Shown: positions 11,921-24,611, counted from the stretch's first letter. The stretch is 64,000 nucleotides of DNA from an uncultured delta proteobacterium (GCA_963817385.1 CAWFOM010000010.1:64001-128000), one strand, 5' to 3'. The notes: generated by a model from the sequence alone, not told the origin. Translations and numbers: made by a program.

Positions 11921-12887
11921 CTTCTTTTTCCTCCGGCGTCTTCCAGGGGAGCGTCAGCGTAAAAACGGATCCTTTCCCTAATCCATCGCTGTCGGCGACC
12001 ACTTTCCCGTGATGCAGCCTGGCGATCTGCTGGACGAGATAGAGGCCGATACCGCTTCCCCCGGCGGGGATACGGTCATCGCGGCGGCCCTGAGTGAACT
12101 TCCTGAAGATCTGTTTCCGCTCCGCGGGGAGAATACCGATTCCGTTGTCCTTAAAGCGGATCAGCAGGGAGTTTTCGACCCGCTCGAAGGAGATATCCAC
12201 CCGGGGCCTCCCGGATGTGTTGTATTTCATGGCATTAGTCAGGATGTTGATGAGGAGCATCTCGAAGAGAGAAACGATTACGGGGTACATAATGGGCTGG
12301 TTTGAGGGGTTTTCCACACGGATGTCGCTGTCGCGGAAGAGGTGGCGGTTCTGGGCCATGAACTGCCGGATGGTCTCCACCAGATCGACCCGTGCGGATT
12401 GACCTTCATAAAGCCTGCTCTCGATCCGGGCGAGGTTAAGGATGCTGTTGATGTTGACGGAGAGGCGCTCCGCGTCCTGGAGCATGAACCCGATGTATTT
12501 GAGCTGCTCCGCACGGGGCAGTTCATATTTAGCGAATGTTTCCAGGTAGAGTTTCAGCGATGTTACGGGAGTTTTGAGCTCATGGGTGAAGTTGTTGATG
12601 AAGGTGTGCTGGAGACGGTAGAGCTGCAATGTCTTGAGATTGTAAATGAAGATGATGAGGATTCCCGCCAATATGATTACGACCAGAAGCGACAGGATAA
12701 GGATCACCACCCAGGTTTGCGCCTCAATGAACTGACTCGCATCGAGCCGGTAACGGGCGATGACCGATTTCAGTCTCGCGCTGACCCCGATGTACCAGTA
12801 GATATAGAGGAAAAGCGAAATCGCCAGGGCCGCGGTGGAGAGGGTAAAGACAAAAATCGGATGGATGAACCACTTCGTCTGCTTCAT
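11877..12887 (-). CDS. Sensor histidine kinase with two TM helices and a short loop
   Basis: HisKA H-box THELKTP, N-box NAMKY, G boxes DNGIGI and GSGIGL. Confidence 0.93.
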   Translation of the reverse strand: MKQTKWFIHPIFVFTLSTAALAISLFLYIYWYIGVSARLKSVIARYRLDASQFIEAQTWVVILILSLLVVIILAGILIIFIYNLKTLQLYRLQHTFINNFTHELKTPVTSLKLYLETFAKYELPRAEQLKYIGFMLQDAERLSVNINSILNLARIESRLYEGQSARVDLVETIRQFMAQNRHLFRDSDIRVENPSNQPIMYPVIVSLFEMLLINILTNAMKYNTSGRPRVDISFERVENSLLIRFKDNGIGILPAERKQIFRKFTQGRRDDRIPAGGSGIGLYLVQQIARLHHGKVVADSDGLGKGSVFTLTLPWKTPEEKEDETDAENANPHHRG

Positions 12888-12996
12888 ACTGCTCCGGATT
12901 GAGTTACCACTGCGCGTCTTCTCAGATATTTCGCCCCTTTGACGGGGTACTGCATCTTTGGGACGGTGCGATCATGCATCGCGGCCGCTGCACAAT

Positions 12997-13014
12997 TGTA
13001 AAAGTAATGTAAAA
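12997..13014 (+). promoter_or_regulatory. Direct repeat TGTAAAA-N4-TGTAAAA, candidate OmpR-family binding box
   Basis: 11-bp-period direct repeat in the divergent intergenic region between the two-component genes and the radical SAM gene. Confidence 0.45.
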
Positions 13015-13104
13015 CAGCAAGTTGGGGCTTTATAAATGGCGCAATATCTTTTATTGTGCCTTCCATAATGCCGAAAATAGAAGCGGCACATTAAGGAGAA
13101 TAGC

Positions 13105-14883
13105 ATGATTGATACGATTCAGCCAGTACATCCCACCGGAAGCCGGGCCCGCGTCCTGCTCGCCAGCGTCTTCGGACCGTACGGCAGGGATGACGAGTAC
13201 GGAAGCCGCCGGCTCAACCCGATGGAGCTCTACCAGAATCAGGTTACGCGTGTCCAGGGGGGCTTTTCGCTGAGGATGTTCCACCGCTCCTTCGGGTTGA
13301 TGATGATTCAGACCAATCTCGAAGCCCCCTGCACGCTCCTGGATTTTCCGACACTGGAGGGATTCACGGAAGAGATCAGCCGGAATAGCTATGATGTGAT
13401 CGGGATCAGCGCCATCATCCCGAATATCGGCAAGGTCAGGAAAATGTGCGAGCTGATTCGGCGGTATCAGCCGGCCGCCGAGATCGTCGTCGGCGGACAC
13501 ATCAGCAATAAGGAGGGTCTCGACCGGATCATCGACGCGGATCATATCGTCCGCGGCGAGGGTATCCGCTGGTTTCAGCGGTATTTGGCCCAGGATGACC
13601 GGGCGCCGATCAAGCACCCCCTGGCCGTCTCGGGATTTGGCGGGAGGATGATGGGTATCGGACTCGGCAACAGGCCCGGAGGTACGGCGGCGATCCTGAT
13701 TCCGTCGGTAGGTTGTCCCATGGGGTGTAACTTCTGCTCCACGTCCGCCCTGTTCGGCGGCAAAGGCAAGTTCGTCAATTTCTTCGAAACGGGGGATGAA
13801 CTCTTTGCCGCCATGTGTGAAATGGAGGAAAAGCTCAAGGTGCGCTCCTTCTTCACCCTGGATGAAAACTTTCTCCACCACAAGAAGAGGGCGCTCAGGC
13901 TTCTTGAGCTGATGGAGGCCAACAACAAAAGCTGGGCCCTGTACGTCTTCAGTTCCGCGCGGGTCCTGCAATCCTATACCATCGATCAATTGGTGCGACT
14001 GGGGATCGGTTGGGTATGGATGGGGTTGGAAGGCCAGGAGAGCGCCTACGACAAGCTCCGGGGAGTAGACACCCGAGCCCTGGTAGAGCTTATGCAGTCT
14101 CACGGCATCCGCGTCCTGGGTTCCTCCATCATCGGCCTCGAAGGGCACCGGCCGGAGAACATGGATGCCGTCATCGATTATGCCGTGAGCCATCAGAGTG
14201 TTTTTCATCAATTCATGCTTTATACCCCCATACCGGGAACTCCGCTGTATGAAAAGCACCGCCGGGAGGGCTCGCTCATTCCGGAAGCGGAATTCCCCTC
14301 CGCCGATGCCCATGGGCAGTACCGCTTCAATTACCGCCACCCGCATATCGATAAGGGAAAGGAAGAAGAATATCTGCTGGATGCCTTCCGGCGCGACTTT
14401 GCGGTGAACGGCCCGAGCCTGCTGAGAATGATCCGCGTCCTCCTGAATGGTTGGCTGACCTACCGGAAAGACCCCCGGAAGCGCGTCCGGAAGCGCTTTG
14501 CCTGGGAGGTTTCCCCTTTGCGTTCGACATATGCCGGAGCCGTCTGGGCGATGAAGAAATGGTATCGGAACGATCTACAAATGAGGGAAAAGGCGGAGAA
14601 TCTGCTTACCGATATCTACACTGCCTTCGGGTGGAAAACCCGGCTGATCACGCCGCTTATCGGTCGGTACGCCCTGTCCGCCCTGAAGAGGGAGGAGCAG
14701 CGGCTGGCCGCAGGCTGGACCTATGAACCCCGCTCCTTCTGCGAGAAGAACGCCGCGGCCCTGGCGCTCGGAGACGCCCCCGTCGCAGGCGTGGAAGCGG
14801 AAGCGGAGAAGAGGATCCCGGTGATGGGTGACGTACCGATAGCGAGCTTCGTCAAGGAGGCGATGAACGGTGTGTCGCGCTGA
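13105..14883 (+). CDS. B12-binding-domain radical SAM protein
   Basis: N-terminal cobalamin-binding-like domain (DVIGIS, IVVGGH, VRGEG) and CxxxCxxC motif CPMGCNFC. AAGGAG RBS. Confidence 0.88.
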   Translation: MIDTIQPVHPTGSRARVLLASVFGPYGRDDEYGSRRLNPMELYQNQVTRVQGGFSLRMFHRSFGLMMIQTNLEAPCTLLDFPTLEGFTEEISRNSYDVIGISAIIPNIGKVRKMCELIRRYQPAAEIVVGGHISNKEGLDRIIDADHIVRGEGIRWFQRYLAQDDRAPIKHPLAVSGFGGRMMGIGLGNRPGGTAAILIPSVGCPMGCNFCSTSALFGGKGKFVNFFETGDELFAAMCEMEEKLKVRSFFTLDENFLHHKKRALRLLELMEANNKSWALYVFSSARVLQSYTIDQLVRLGIGWVWMGLEGQESAYDKLRGVDTRALVELMQSHGIRVLGSSIIGLEGHRPENMDAVIDYAVSHQSVFHQFMLYTPIPGTPLYEKHRREGSLIPEAEFPSADAHGQYRFNYRHPHIDKGKEEEYLLDAFRRDFAVNGPSLLRMIRVLLNGWLTYRKDPRKRVRKRFAWEVSPLRSTYAGAVWAMKKWYRNDLQMREKAENLLTDIYTAFGWKTRLITPLIGRYALSALKREEQRLAAGWTYEPRSFCEKNAAALALGDAPVAGVEAEAEKRIPVMGDVPIASFVKEAMNGVSR

Positions 14884-14892
14884 TCTCTTGAC

Positions 14893-14921
14893 GGGAGAGG
14901 CGTCCCAGGAACGCCTCTCCC
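14893..14921. terminator. Hairpin between convergent genes (possible terminator or REP-like element)
   Basis: GGGAGAGGCGT-cccagga-ACGCCTCTCCC, an 11-bp perfect stem. Confidence 0.55.
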
Positions 14922-14968
14922 ATGGGTGAGAGCGGATATTGGTGATAGTTTATTGGCTCACCCGGCTC

Positions 14969-15796
14969 TTATTTCAGATAGCCCGGCAGGTCTTTCAATT
15001 CCTTCCCCTGGAAGCTGCAGGGGGCAGGGCAGGTTTTGCAGGGGCTCTTGGCGGCCGGTAACGGGGGCTCTCCCTTGATTCCTTCGATCAGATCAAGACA
15101 ACTGTTGACATCTTCATCCTCGCCTTCGACGAGCAGGGTGACCGATCCCTCCGCGCCTCCCCAGCCGCCGGAGGCGTAATGGATGGCCTTCAGTCCGAAG
15201 AGGCTGTCGATGGCCTCGATCTCCGTTACGACACGGCCATCCGCGACGCAGGCCATCCCGACGCGGCAACCGATGGAGCGCCCCAGCATCATCTTCCCGC
15301 CATAGCGGGCGGCCTCTTCCACGGAGGGGATAAGCTTCTCGAGACCGACGGGATAGATCGTCGCGACGCCCTGCGCCTTCAGTCCCATATAGAACTGACC
15401 CATCGTCCCGCCGCCCGGCCCCGCCATGAGGACGCCGACATTCCCGAATGGATCTACGGCGTTGGCCCCCTTGATCAGGATATCGCCGGGGACCAGCTTG
15501 TCGATGACCGAGCCGGGTTCCACCGCCTGGAGTTCGCCCTGGTGAAAGGCCACCGGCTTGCTTCTCAGATCCGGGCCGAGGACGCAAAGCACCCCTTTGA
15601 TTATCTGGCCGGCGATATATTTCTCCTTATCAATTTTGCTGTTCGTGAGCTCTTCGATGATGAAGGCATTGGTCGAGCCGCGCCCCATGACAAGGTACCC
15701 GTGATCCTTTGCATGCTGCACTTCGGGCAATGCCGCAACCGCCTTGCCGAGCAGCCTTTTCGATTCCGATGATGTTAACGTAAACAGAGCCTGCAT
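14969..15796 (-). CDS. Conserved hypothetical protein (possible NagB/RpiA/CoA-transferase-like fold) with C-terminal CxxCxxxC
   Basis: 275-aa ORF with AAGGAGG RBS. Motifs GRGSTNA, KGANAVD and PVGLEKLIP; tail CKTCPAPC. Confidence 0.7.
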   Translation of the reverse strand: MQALFTLTSSESKRLLGKAVAALPEVQHAKDHGYLVMGRGSTNAFIIEELTNSKIDKEKYIAGQIIKGVLCVLGPDLRSKPVAFHQGELQAVEPGSVIDKLVPGDILIKGANAVDPFGNVGVLMAGPGGGTMGQFYMGLKAQGVATIYPVGLEKLIPSVEEAARYGGKMMLGRSIGCRVGMACVADGRVVTEIEAIDSLFGLKAIHYASGGWGGAEGSVTLLVEGEDEDVNSCLDLIEGIKGEPPLPAAKSPCKTCPAPCSFQGKELKDLPGYLK

Positions 15797-15932
15797 GATT
15801 TTCCAACCTCCTTGTTTTGCGGGTTTACGGTGATATTATTTCTTGCCTTGATTCCCGTATCCTATTCACCTAAGGGCGAACGCAGTCGCCCGTTTTACGC
15901 GCAGTTGCATTGACTCATTGTGCGCCCGTCCA

Positions 15933-16409
15933 TCAGGCTTCCTGCGCGGCATACGAGAGTATCCTGCCGCGGTCGACGACTTTGACGTTGATTGTCTTCT
16001 TCTGCCCCTCCTCATCGAGGAAGATGACCTTGCCGATGCCGGCATTGAATATCAACCGCCAGCACATAAAGCAGGGCATCCCGTTTCGCGGCTGTCCCTG
16101 CTGGAAGCCGAAGATGTACAGGGTGGCGTCGTCCATGAGCTCATAATCAGCGCGGATGATCGCATTGGCCTCGGCATGGACGGAATGGCAGATCTCATAG
16201 TTTTTTCCGCTGGGGATATTGAGTCTCTCGCGGACACACTCTCCCTTCTCCAGGCAGCTCCGCACACCCGCGGCGGCGCCGTTGTAACCGGTGCTGATGA
16301 TTGTGTGTTTCTTGACGAGGACGGCTCCAAACTGCGCCCGCAGGCAGGTCGAGCGCAGACAGGCGGTTTCGGCCATCTTCAGAAAGTAATCGTCCCATGA
16401 AAGCCTCAT
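15933..16409 (-). CDS. dCMP deaminase / cytidine-deoxycytidylate deaminase family protein
   Basis: WDDYFL..A...RSTC, STGYNG, HAE and PCxxC zinc motifs. Confidence 0.92.
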   Translation of the reverse strand: MRLSWDDYFLKMAETACLRSTCLRAQFGAVLVKKHTIISTGYNGAAAGVRSCLEKGECVRERLNIPSGKNYEICHSVHAEANAIIRADYELMDDATLYIFGFQQGQPRNGMPCFMCWRLIFNAGIGKVIFLDEEGQKKTINVKVVDRGRILSYAAQEA

Positions 16410-16610
16410 CGATCCCCCCTCCTTATACGAATCAATGGTTCGTGGCGGCCACTATGGCGCAGGAGAATGTATTTGTCAATTCCCAGTAACGCTTCCGGGA
16501 CAAATTTTCTCTGTGGAAATTGAGACACGATTCCGGCCATGCAGGGGGCGCCGGAACATTTATGATAAAAAGGTATTGACTATCCTCCCTCCATATATTA
16601 ATGCATTTTC

Positions 16611-17982
16611 ATGATGCTGCAGGAGAGAAAGATCGGTCTGGAGACAAAAAAGCTCTATATTCACACTTTTGGCTGCCAGATGAATGTTCAGGATTCGGAA
16701 AAGATGGCGGCGTTGCTTTTGAACTCAGGATACGAGACAACAGACGATCCGGAGCGAGCCGACCTGATCATCGTCAACACGTGCAGTATCCGGGAAAAAG
16801 CGGCTCAGAAGATCTACAGCCAGCTCGGTCGATACCGGGCAGTGAAGGAGCTGAACCCAAAACTGATGATCGGCGTCGGAGGGTGCTTGGCCCAGCAGTT
16901 AGGCGAGAGGCTTTTCCGGCGGGTCCCGTATCTCGATCTGGTTTTCGGCACGCACCAGATCCACCGGCTTCCCGAGCTGATTTATGCCTTGGAGCAGGAG
17001 CGGAGCCGGAAGGTGGAGACGGACTTTTGCGAACGGGTCCGATCACTCGACATTATGGCGCGGCCGGCTGCAGGTGCAGTCGGTACATTTGTGACGATCA
17101 TGCAGGGATGCAACAACTCCTGCACCTACTGTGTCGTGCCGGGACTTCGAGGACGCGAAGAGAGCCGCCTCCTGCCCGAGATCATCCGGGAGATAGAGAC
17201 GCTGGCGGGACAGGGCATCCGGGAAGTTACGCTCTTGGGGCAGAACGTCAATTCCTATGGACGGACGCAAGGCGATGGTTATGATTTTGCCGATCTGATC
17301 CGAGCCATCGATGAGGTTAACGGTATCGAGAGGATCAGGTTTACCACTTCCCATCCGAAGGATCTCTCACCGAGACTGATCGCATGCTTCGGAACCGTGG
17401 GTTCTCTGTGCGAACATATCCACCTCCCGGTGCAATCGGGATCGGACCGTGTGCTTGGACGCATGAACCGGGGGTACACGGCCGAGGGGTATCGGGAGAA
17501 GATCGCCTCGCTCCGCGAGGCATGCCCGGAGATCAGCATTACCTCGGATGTCATCGTGGGATTTCCCGGGGAAGAGGAACGGGATTTTCAAGAAACCCTG
17601 GAGATGATGCAGGAAGTCCGATTTGACAATCTCTTCTCGTTCCAGTATTCACCAAGAGAAGGGACTGCGGCCGCAGGAATGGATCATGCGGTGTGACGGA
17701 AGCGTGAAATGGGAGAGGCTTCGAATCCTTCAGGCTCTCCAGGCGGATCATACCCTTGAAAAGAACAAAGCCCGGTTAGGGAGGACGGAGGCGGTGCTGG
17801 TCGAAGGCTTGAGTAAAAATGCGTGCACGGAGATGACCGGCCGGACGAGGGGCAACCGGATCGTCAACTTCGTGGGGAAACCCGAATTAATCAGGGAGAC
17901 GGTAGCCGTGAGGATTACGGGGGCCTTCCTCCATTCCCTGCGGGGTGAGCGGGACGAGACAGGAGGTGCGGATGTTCATTGA
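16611..17982 (+). CDS. miaB: tRNA-2-methylthio-N6-dimethylallyladenosine synthase MiaB, interrupted by a +1 frameshift near 17694
   Basis: TFGCQMN, NTCSIREKA and CNNSCTYC. The frame stops at TGA 17694-17696, and the C-terminal/TRAM part (VKWERL...GRTRGNRIVNF) continues in the +1 frame to 17982. Confidence 0.9.
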
Positions 17983-18472
17983 GATGAAAGTGTCGGGCCT
18001 CACCATGGATCCGATTACCAACACCCCGATCGTCATCCTGAAGGATCTTGAGGAGAAGAGGGCGATCCCGATATGGATCGGCATTTTCGAGGCCAGCGCC
18101 ATTGCGACCGAGATCGAGAAGATCACCTTCTCGCGACCCATGACCCATGATCTCCTCCATGAAATCCTCAAGGCGCTGAAGGCTGAGGTGATGCGTGTGG
18201 AAATCCACGACTTGCGCAACAACACGTTTTTTGCTAATATTCAGCTTCTCACCGAAGGGAATCTGATCGTCGTCGACGCCCGTCCCAGCGACGCGATCGC
18301 CATTGCTCTCCGCGCCGGCGCCTCGATCTTCGTGGACAGCAATGTTATCGAAAAATCACGGAATGTAGACTTCGGCACGAAGATGACCGATCTTGACCGT
18401 TTGAAGAAAGAAAAACTTGCCGAATTCCTCGAGAATCTCTCCCCGGAAGATTTCGGAAAGTACAAGATGTGA
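17972..18472 (+). CDS. Bifunctional nuclease family protein (DUF151)
   Basis: IPIWIG.FEA, RPMTHDLL and DARPSDAIAIA. AGGAGG RBS before ATG 17972. Confidence 0.9.
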   Translation: MFIEMKVSGLTMDPITNTPIVILKDLEEKRAIPIWIGIFEASAIATEIEKITFSRPMTHDLLHEILKALKAEVMRVEIHDLRNNTFFANIQLLTEGNLIVVDARPSDAIAIALRAGASIFVDSNVIEKSRNVDFGTKMTDLDRLKKEKLAEFLENLSPEDFGKYKM

Positions 18473-18522
18473 AAACGTGCATATCCCATTTGCCACGAAA
18501 GCCCGCTTGAGGACACGCTTTC

Positions 18523-19482
18523 GTGGCTGTTATTTTTGTGAGGCGGCAGGTGACATCTCTCGAGCAGGCGATCAAGGAATTCGACAGGCATATGGCGGTC
18601 GAGCGGAATCTCTCGGACCGGACAAGGAAGAGCTACCTCTCCGACCTCCGCCAGTACCGGGTGTTCCTGGAAAATCAGTCTTCACCTGCCCGAGAGGGAG
18701 ACGCAATGCCCGTGGATCAGATGGCCATACGCTCGTTTCTCGCGTCATTCTACCGTCAGAAATGCCGGAAGGTAACCATCTCCCGCAAGGTGGCTGCGCT
18801 CAGGTCCTTCTATCGCTATCTCCTGAGGGAAGGAAAGGTGCGGTTCAATCCTGCGGAACTTGTTGAGCTTCCGCGGTGCGAGAAGCATATCCCCGTCGTC
18901 CTGTCGGTCGATGAGATCCTCTCCCTGCTTCGGGTGAATTTCCCCGAAGATCCGGCGGGACTCCGAGACCGGGCGATGATCGAGCTTTTCTATTCGGCGG
19001 GAATCCGCCTGAGCGAGTTGACGGGGCTCAACATCGAAGACCTCGATTTCACCCGGGGCCTGCTCAAGGTCCGGGGGAAAGGGCGGAAGGAGCGGATCGT
19101 GCCGGTGGGAAAGGCGGCGTCCGAGGCCATCGACGTCTATCTGAAAAGACGCGGTGAGCTTTCGGCGAAACGAACGGGATCCGTCACGGATGAACCATTG
19201 TTTATCAGCACCCGGGGAAAAAGGATGAATGCGCGAGGGGTGGCACGGGTTGTCGAACGGGTGGTCCTCCAGAGCGGGATCGGTCGGAAGATCAGCCCCC
19301 ATACCCTGCGTCATACCTTTGCGACACATCTGCTCGACGCCGGTGCAGACCTCCGTTCCATCCAGGAGATGCTCGGCCACGAGAGCCTTTCGACGACACA
19401 GAAATATACGACGGTCAGTGTGAGCCGTCTTATGGAGATCTATGACCGGTCCCACCCGCGGGCCGGAGGAGGGAAGACGTAA
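18523..19482 (+). CDS. xerC: Tyrosine recombinase XerC
   Basis: RLSEL, GKGRKER, HTLRHTFATH and LGHESLSTTQKY. xerC-hslVU context. Confidence 0.88.
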   Translation: MAVIFVRRQVTSLEQAIKEFDRHMAVERNLSDRTRKSYLSDLRQYRVFLENQSSPAREGDAMPVDQMAIRSFLASFYRQKCRKVTISRKVAALRSFYRYLLREGKVRFNPAELVELPRCEKHIPVVLSVDEILSLLRVNFPEDPAGLRDRAMIELFYSAGIRLSELTGLNIEDLDFTRGLLKVRGKGRKERIVPVGKAASEAIDVYLKRRGELSAKRTGSVTDEPLFISTRGKRMNARGVARVVERVVLQSGIGRKISPHTLRHTFATHLLDAGADLRSIQEMLGHESLSTTQKYTTVSVSRLMEIYDRSHPRAGGGKT

Positions 19483-19485
19483 ACG

Positions 19486-20067
19486 ATGAAGATCCGGGGA
19501 ACAACCATCTTGGCGGTGAAGCACCGGGGAAAGGTTACCGTGGCGGGTGACGGCCAGGTGACGCTTGATACGACGGTCATGAAACATGGGGCGAGAAAGG
19601 TTCGCCGCCTCTATCACAATCAGGTGATCGTCGGTTTCGCCGGCGCGACCGCCGACGCATTCACCCTCTTCGACCGTTTCGATCAGAAGCTCGAACAGTA
19701 TAAGGGGAACCTGCTCAGGGCGGCCGTAGAACTTACCAAGGACTGGCGAACGGATCGAGTGCTTCGCCATCTGGAGGCCCTGATGATCGCCGTCAGCCAG
19801 GAGTCCTTCCTGATCATCTCGGGAAACGGCGATGTCATCGAGTCGGACGACAATGTGATGGCCATCGGTTCGGGCGGGCCATACGCCCTCGCGGCGGCCC
19901 GCGCACTGGTCCGCTATTCGGACCTCACCGCTACGGAGATCGCCCGGGAATCGGTGAAGATTGCCTCCGAAATATGCATCTTTACGAATGACCGGATTAC
20001 CGTAGAAGAACTCGATCTTGAAAAAGAACCGGAAAAGGATCCGGGGAAGGATAAGGAAAAAGGCTGA
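19486..20067 (+). CDS. hslV: ATP-dependent protease subunit HslV
   Basis: [22 protein letters not shown] and GSGG. Confidence 0.97.
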   Translation: MKIRGTTILAVKHRGKVTVAGDGQVTLDTTVMKHGARKVRRLYHNQVIVGFAGATADAFTLFDRFDQKLEQYKGNLLRAAVELTKDWRTDRVLRHLEALMIAVSQESFLIISGNGDVIESDDNVMAIGSGGPYALAAARALVRYSDLTATEIARESVKIASEICIFTNDRITVEELDLEKEPEKDPGKDKEKG

Positions 20068-20069
20068 AT

Positions 20070-22397
<2,328 letters not shown>

Positions 22398-22493
22398 CAG
22401 TTTGTGAAAAAGAAAAGGGAGTTTTAGGGGAGAAGGGACATTCCCTTATGATCAGCGGAATGCCTGTTCTCGCGGGAGTAAAGGAGAGGTACG

Positions 22494-23693
22494 GTGAGAG
22501 AAAAGATGACTACCGAGGAATTGATCGCCCTGTCGGATCGATACATCATGTCTACGTACAAGCGTTTCCCCGTCGTCCTGACGCGGGGGCTCGGCGTCCA
22601 TGTATGGGATAATGACGGGAAGGCATATCTCGATTTGGTCGGAGGAATAGCCGTCTGCGCGCTCGGCCACTCCCATCCGCGGGTCGTAGAGGCCGTGAAA
22701 AGGCAAGTGGAAAAACTTACCCACGTCTCGAATCTCTACCATATCGAAAACCAGATCCATCTGGCCCGTCTCCTGGTGGAGAATTCCTGCCTGGACAAGG
22801 TGTTCTTCTGCAACAGCGGAGCGGAGGCCAACGAAGCGGCGATCAAGCTTGCCCGGAAATATGCTTCCGAAAACATGGACGGGAAATACGAACTGATCAC
22901 GATGCAGGACTCCTTCCACGGCCGGACCCTCGCAACCGTGACGGCGACGGGGAAAGAGCAGTTTCAGACCGGTTTTGCGCCGCTGCCGGCAGGATTTAGG
23001 TATGTCCCCTACAATGATCTGGCCGCCCTGGAGGCGGCGGTCACAGAGCATACGTGCGGCGTGATGGTAGAGCCGATCCAGGGGGAGGGGGGGGTCGTCC
23101 TTCCTGCCCCGGGGTATCTGCAAGGGATCAGGAAAATCTGTGATGAACGCAATCTCCTGATGATCGTCGACGAGGTCCAGACGGGAATCGGGCGGACGGG
23201 TACGTTGTTTGCCTGCGAACACGAGGATGTTACCCCCGACATGATTACCCTTGCCAAGGCTCTGGGGAACGGTTTCCCCATCGGTGCGCTCATGGCGACC
23301 GAACGGATAGCCGCGGCATTTGTTCCGGGGAGCCACGGTTCCACATTCGGCGGCAACCCGCTCGCGACTGCGGCGGGGATAGCCACCTTGGAGACGCTCC
23401 TCGACGAAGGGGTCCTCGAAAATTGCCGCCTTGTCGGCGACTATTTTCTCGCCAGGCTCGGTGATCTGAAGCAGAAGAATACCCGGGTCAAGGAGGTTCG
23501 TGGACAAGGGCTGATCCTTGCGATCGAACTGACCGTCCCCGGGGCGGACTTCGTCCTTGCGTGCATGCAAAAAGGGCTGCTGATCAACTGCACCAACGGC
23601 AACGTCCTGCGCTTTGTCCCTCCGTTGATCCTCACGAAAACCGACGTTGAAAAGGCCGTGGGAATCCTCGAAGAAGTCCTGGAGGAGCGATGA
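22494..23693 (+). CDS. argD: Acetylornithine aminotransferase
   Basis: NSGAEANE, SFHGRT, DEVQTG, AKALGNG and HGSTFGGNP. arg operon context. Confidence 0.94.
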   Translation: MREKMTTEELIALSDRYIMSTYKRFPVVLTRGLGVHVWDNDGKAYLDLVGGIAVCALGHSHPRVVEAVKRQVEKLTHVSNLYHIENQIHLARLLVENSCLDKVFFCNSGAEANEAAIKLARKYASENMDGKYELITMQDSFHGRTLATVTATGKEQFQTGFAPLPAGFRYVPYNDLAALEAAVTEHTCGVMVEPIQGEGGVVLPAPGYLQGIRKICDERNLLMIVDEVQTGIGRTGTLFACEHEDVTPDMITLAKALGNGFPIGALMATERIAAAFVPGSHGSTFGGNPLATAAGIATLETLLDEGVLENCRLVGDYFLARLGDLKQKNTRVKEVRGQGLILAIELTVPGADFVLACMQKGLLINCTNGNVLRFVPPLILTKTDVEKAVGILEEVLEER

Positions 23694-24598
23694 AAAAAGA
23701 CCTGCTGAGTGAATATGACCTTGAGAAGAATGACTACGAATGCATATTCGAAAAAGCCCACCGCCTGAAGAGGCTGCTTCGGGAGGGGAGGGAGCATGCC
23801 ACCCTCCGGGGGAAGACCCTGGGGATGATCTTCGACAAATCTTCCACCCGAACCCGGATCTCCTTCGAGGTCGGGATGTACCAGTTGGGAGGTATCGCCC
23901 TGTTTCTCAGCAACCGCGATACCCAGCTCGGCAGGGGGGAGATCATCGCCGATTCGGCTCGGATCATGTCGCGTTATCTCAATGGGATCATGATTCGAAC
24001 ATTTTCCCAGGCATCCGTGGAGGAGTTCGCCCGCTATGCCACCATTCCCGTCATCAACGGCCTCACCGACCTGCTCCATCCGTGTCAGCTCCTGAGCGAC
24101 CTGTTCACGATCATCGAGAAGCGGGGAGGGTACGAGGGGTTGAAGATCGTCTATATCGGAGACGGCAATAACATGGCAAACTCCTGGATCAACGCCGCTG
24201 CGAAGCTGCCATTTCACCTTGACCTTGCCTGCCCCGACGGGTATGATCCGGATAGCGTGATCCTGAAGCGGGGGGTGGCGGAGGCGCCGGCCGGCATCGT
24301 TCTTCACCGGGACCCCACCGAAGCAGTACGGGACGCCGACGTCGTTTACACCGATGTCTGGGTCAGCATGGGTCAGGAGACGGAACGGGAAGAGAGAATG
24401 AGGCGATTTCGGGGATATCAGGTCAATCAAGGCTTGATCGATCGGGCCAAGAAAGATGTTCTGGTCATGCACTGCCTCCCTGCCCACCGCGGCGAGGAGA
24501 TAACGGCTGAGGTGATCGACGGTTCACACTCCGTCGTCATCGATGAGGCGGAAAACCGCCTCCATGTCCAGAAAGCTGTCATGGAACTGTTGATGTGA
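23690..24598 (+). CDS. argF: Ornithine carbamoyltransferase
   Basis: STRTR, HPCQ, SMG and HCLP motifs. Confidence 0.96.
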   Translation: MKKDLLSEYDLEKNDYECIFEKAHRLKRLLREGREHATLRGKTLGMIFDKSSTRTRISFEVGMYQLGGIALFLSNRDTQLGRGEIIADSARIMSRYLNGIMIRTFSQASVEEFARYATIPVINGLTDLLHPCQLLSDLFTIIEKRGGYEGLKIVYIGDGNNMANSWINAAAKLPFHLDLACPDGYDPDSVILKRGVAEAPAGIVLHRDPTEAVRDADVVYTDVWVSMGQETEREERMRRFRGYQVNQGLIDRAKKDVLVMHCLPAHRGEEITAEVIDGSHSVVIDEAENRLHVQKAVMELLM

Positions 24599-24611
24599 GG
24601 AGGGTTGTATT

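Noticed and set aside
15874..15891. GGGCGA/TCGCCC hairpin as a riboswitch or REP element
   Set aside because: It is only a 6-bp stem with a single copy seen and no aptamer features.
15933..16409. Anti-phage dCTP deaminase
   Set aside because: It is a stand-alone 158-aa deaminase with no kinase-like domain and no defence neighbours.
17694..17696. Selenocysteine or stop read-through at the miaB TGA
   Set aside because: The in-frame continuation is not MiaB-like and stops soon after. Homology continues in the +1 frame.
18523..19482. Tyrosine recombinase as a prophage or island integrase
   Set aside because: It sits in a chromosomal xerC-hslVU context with no att sites or mobile genes.
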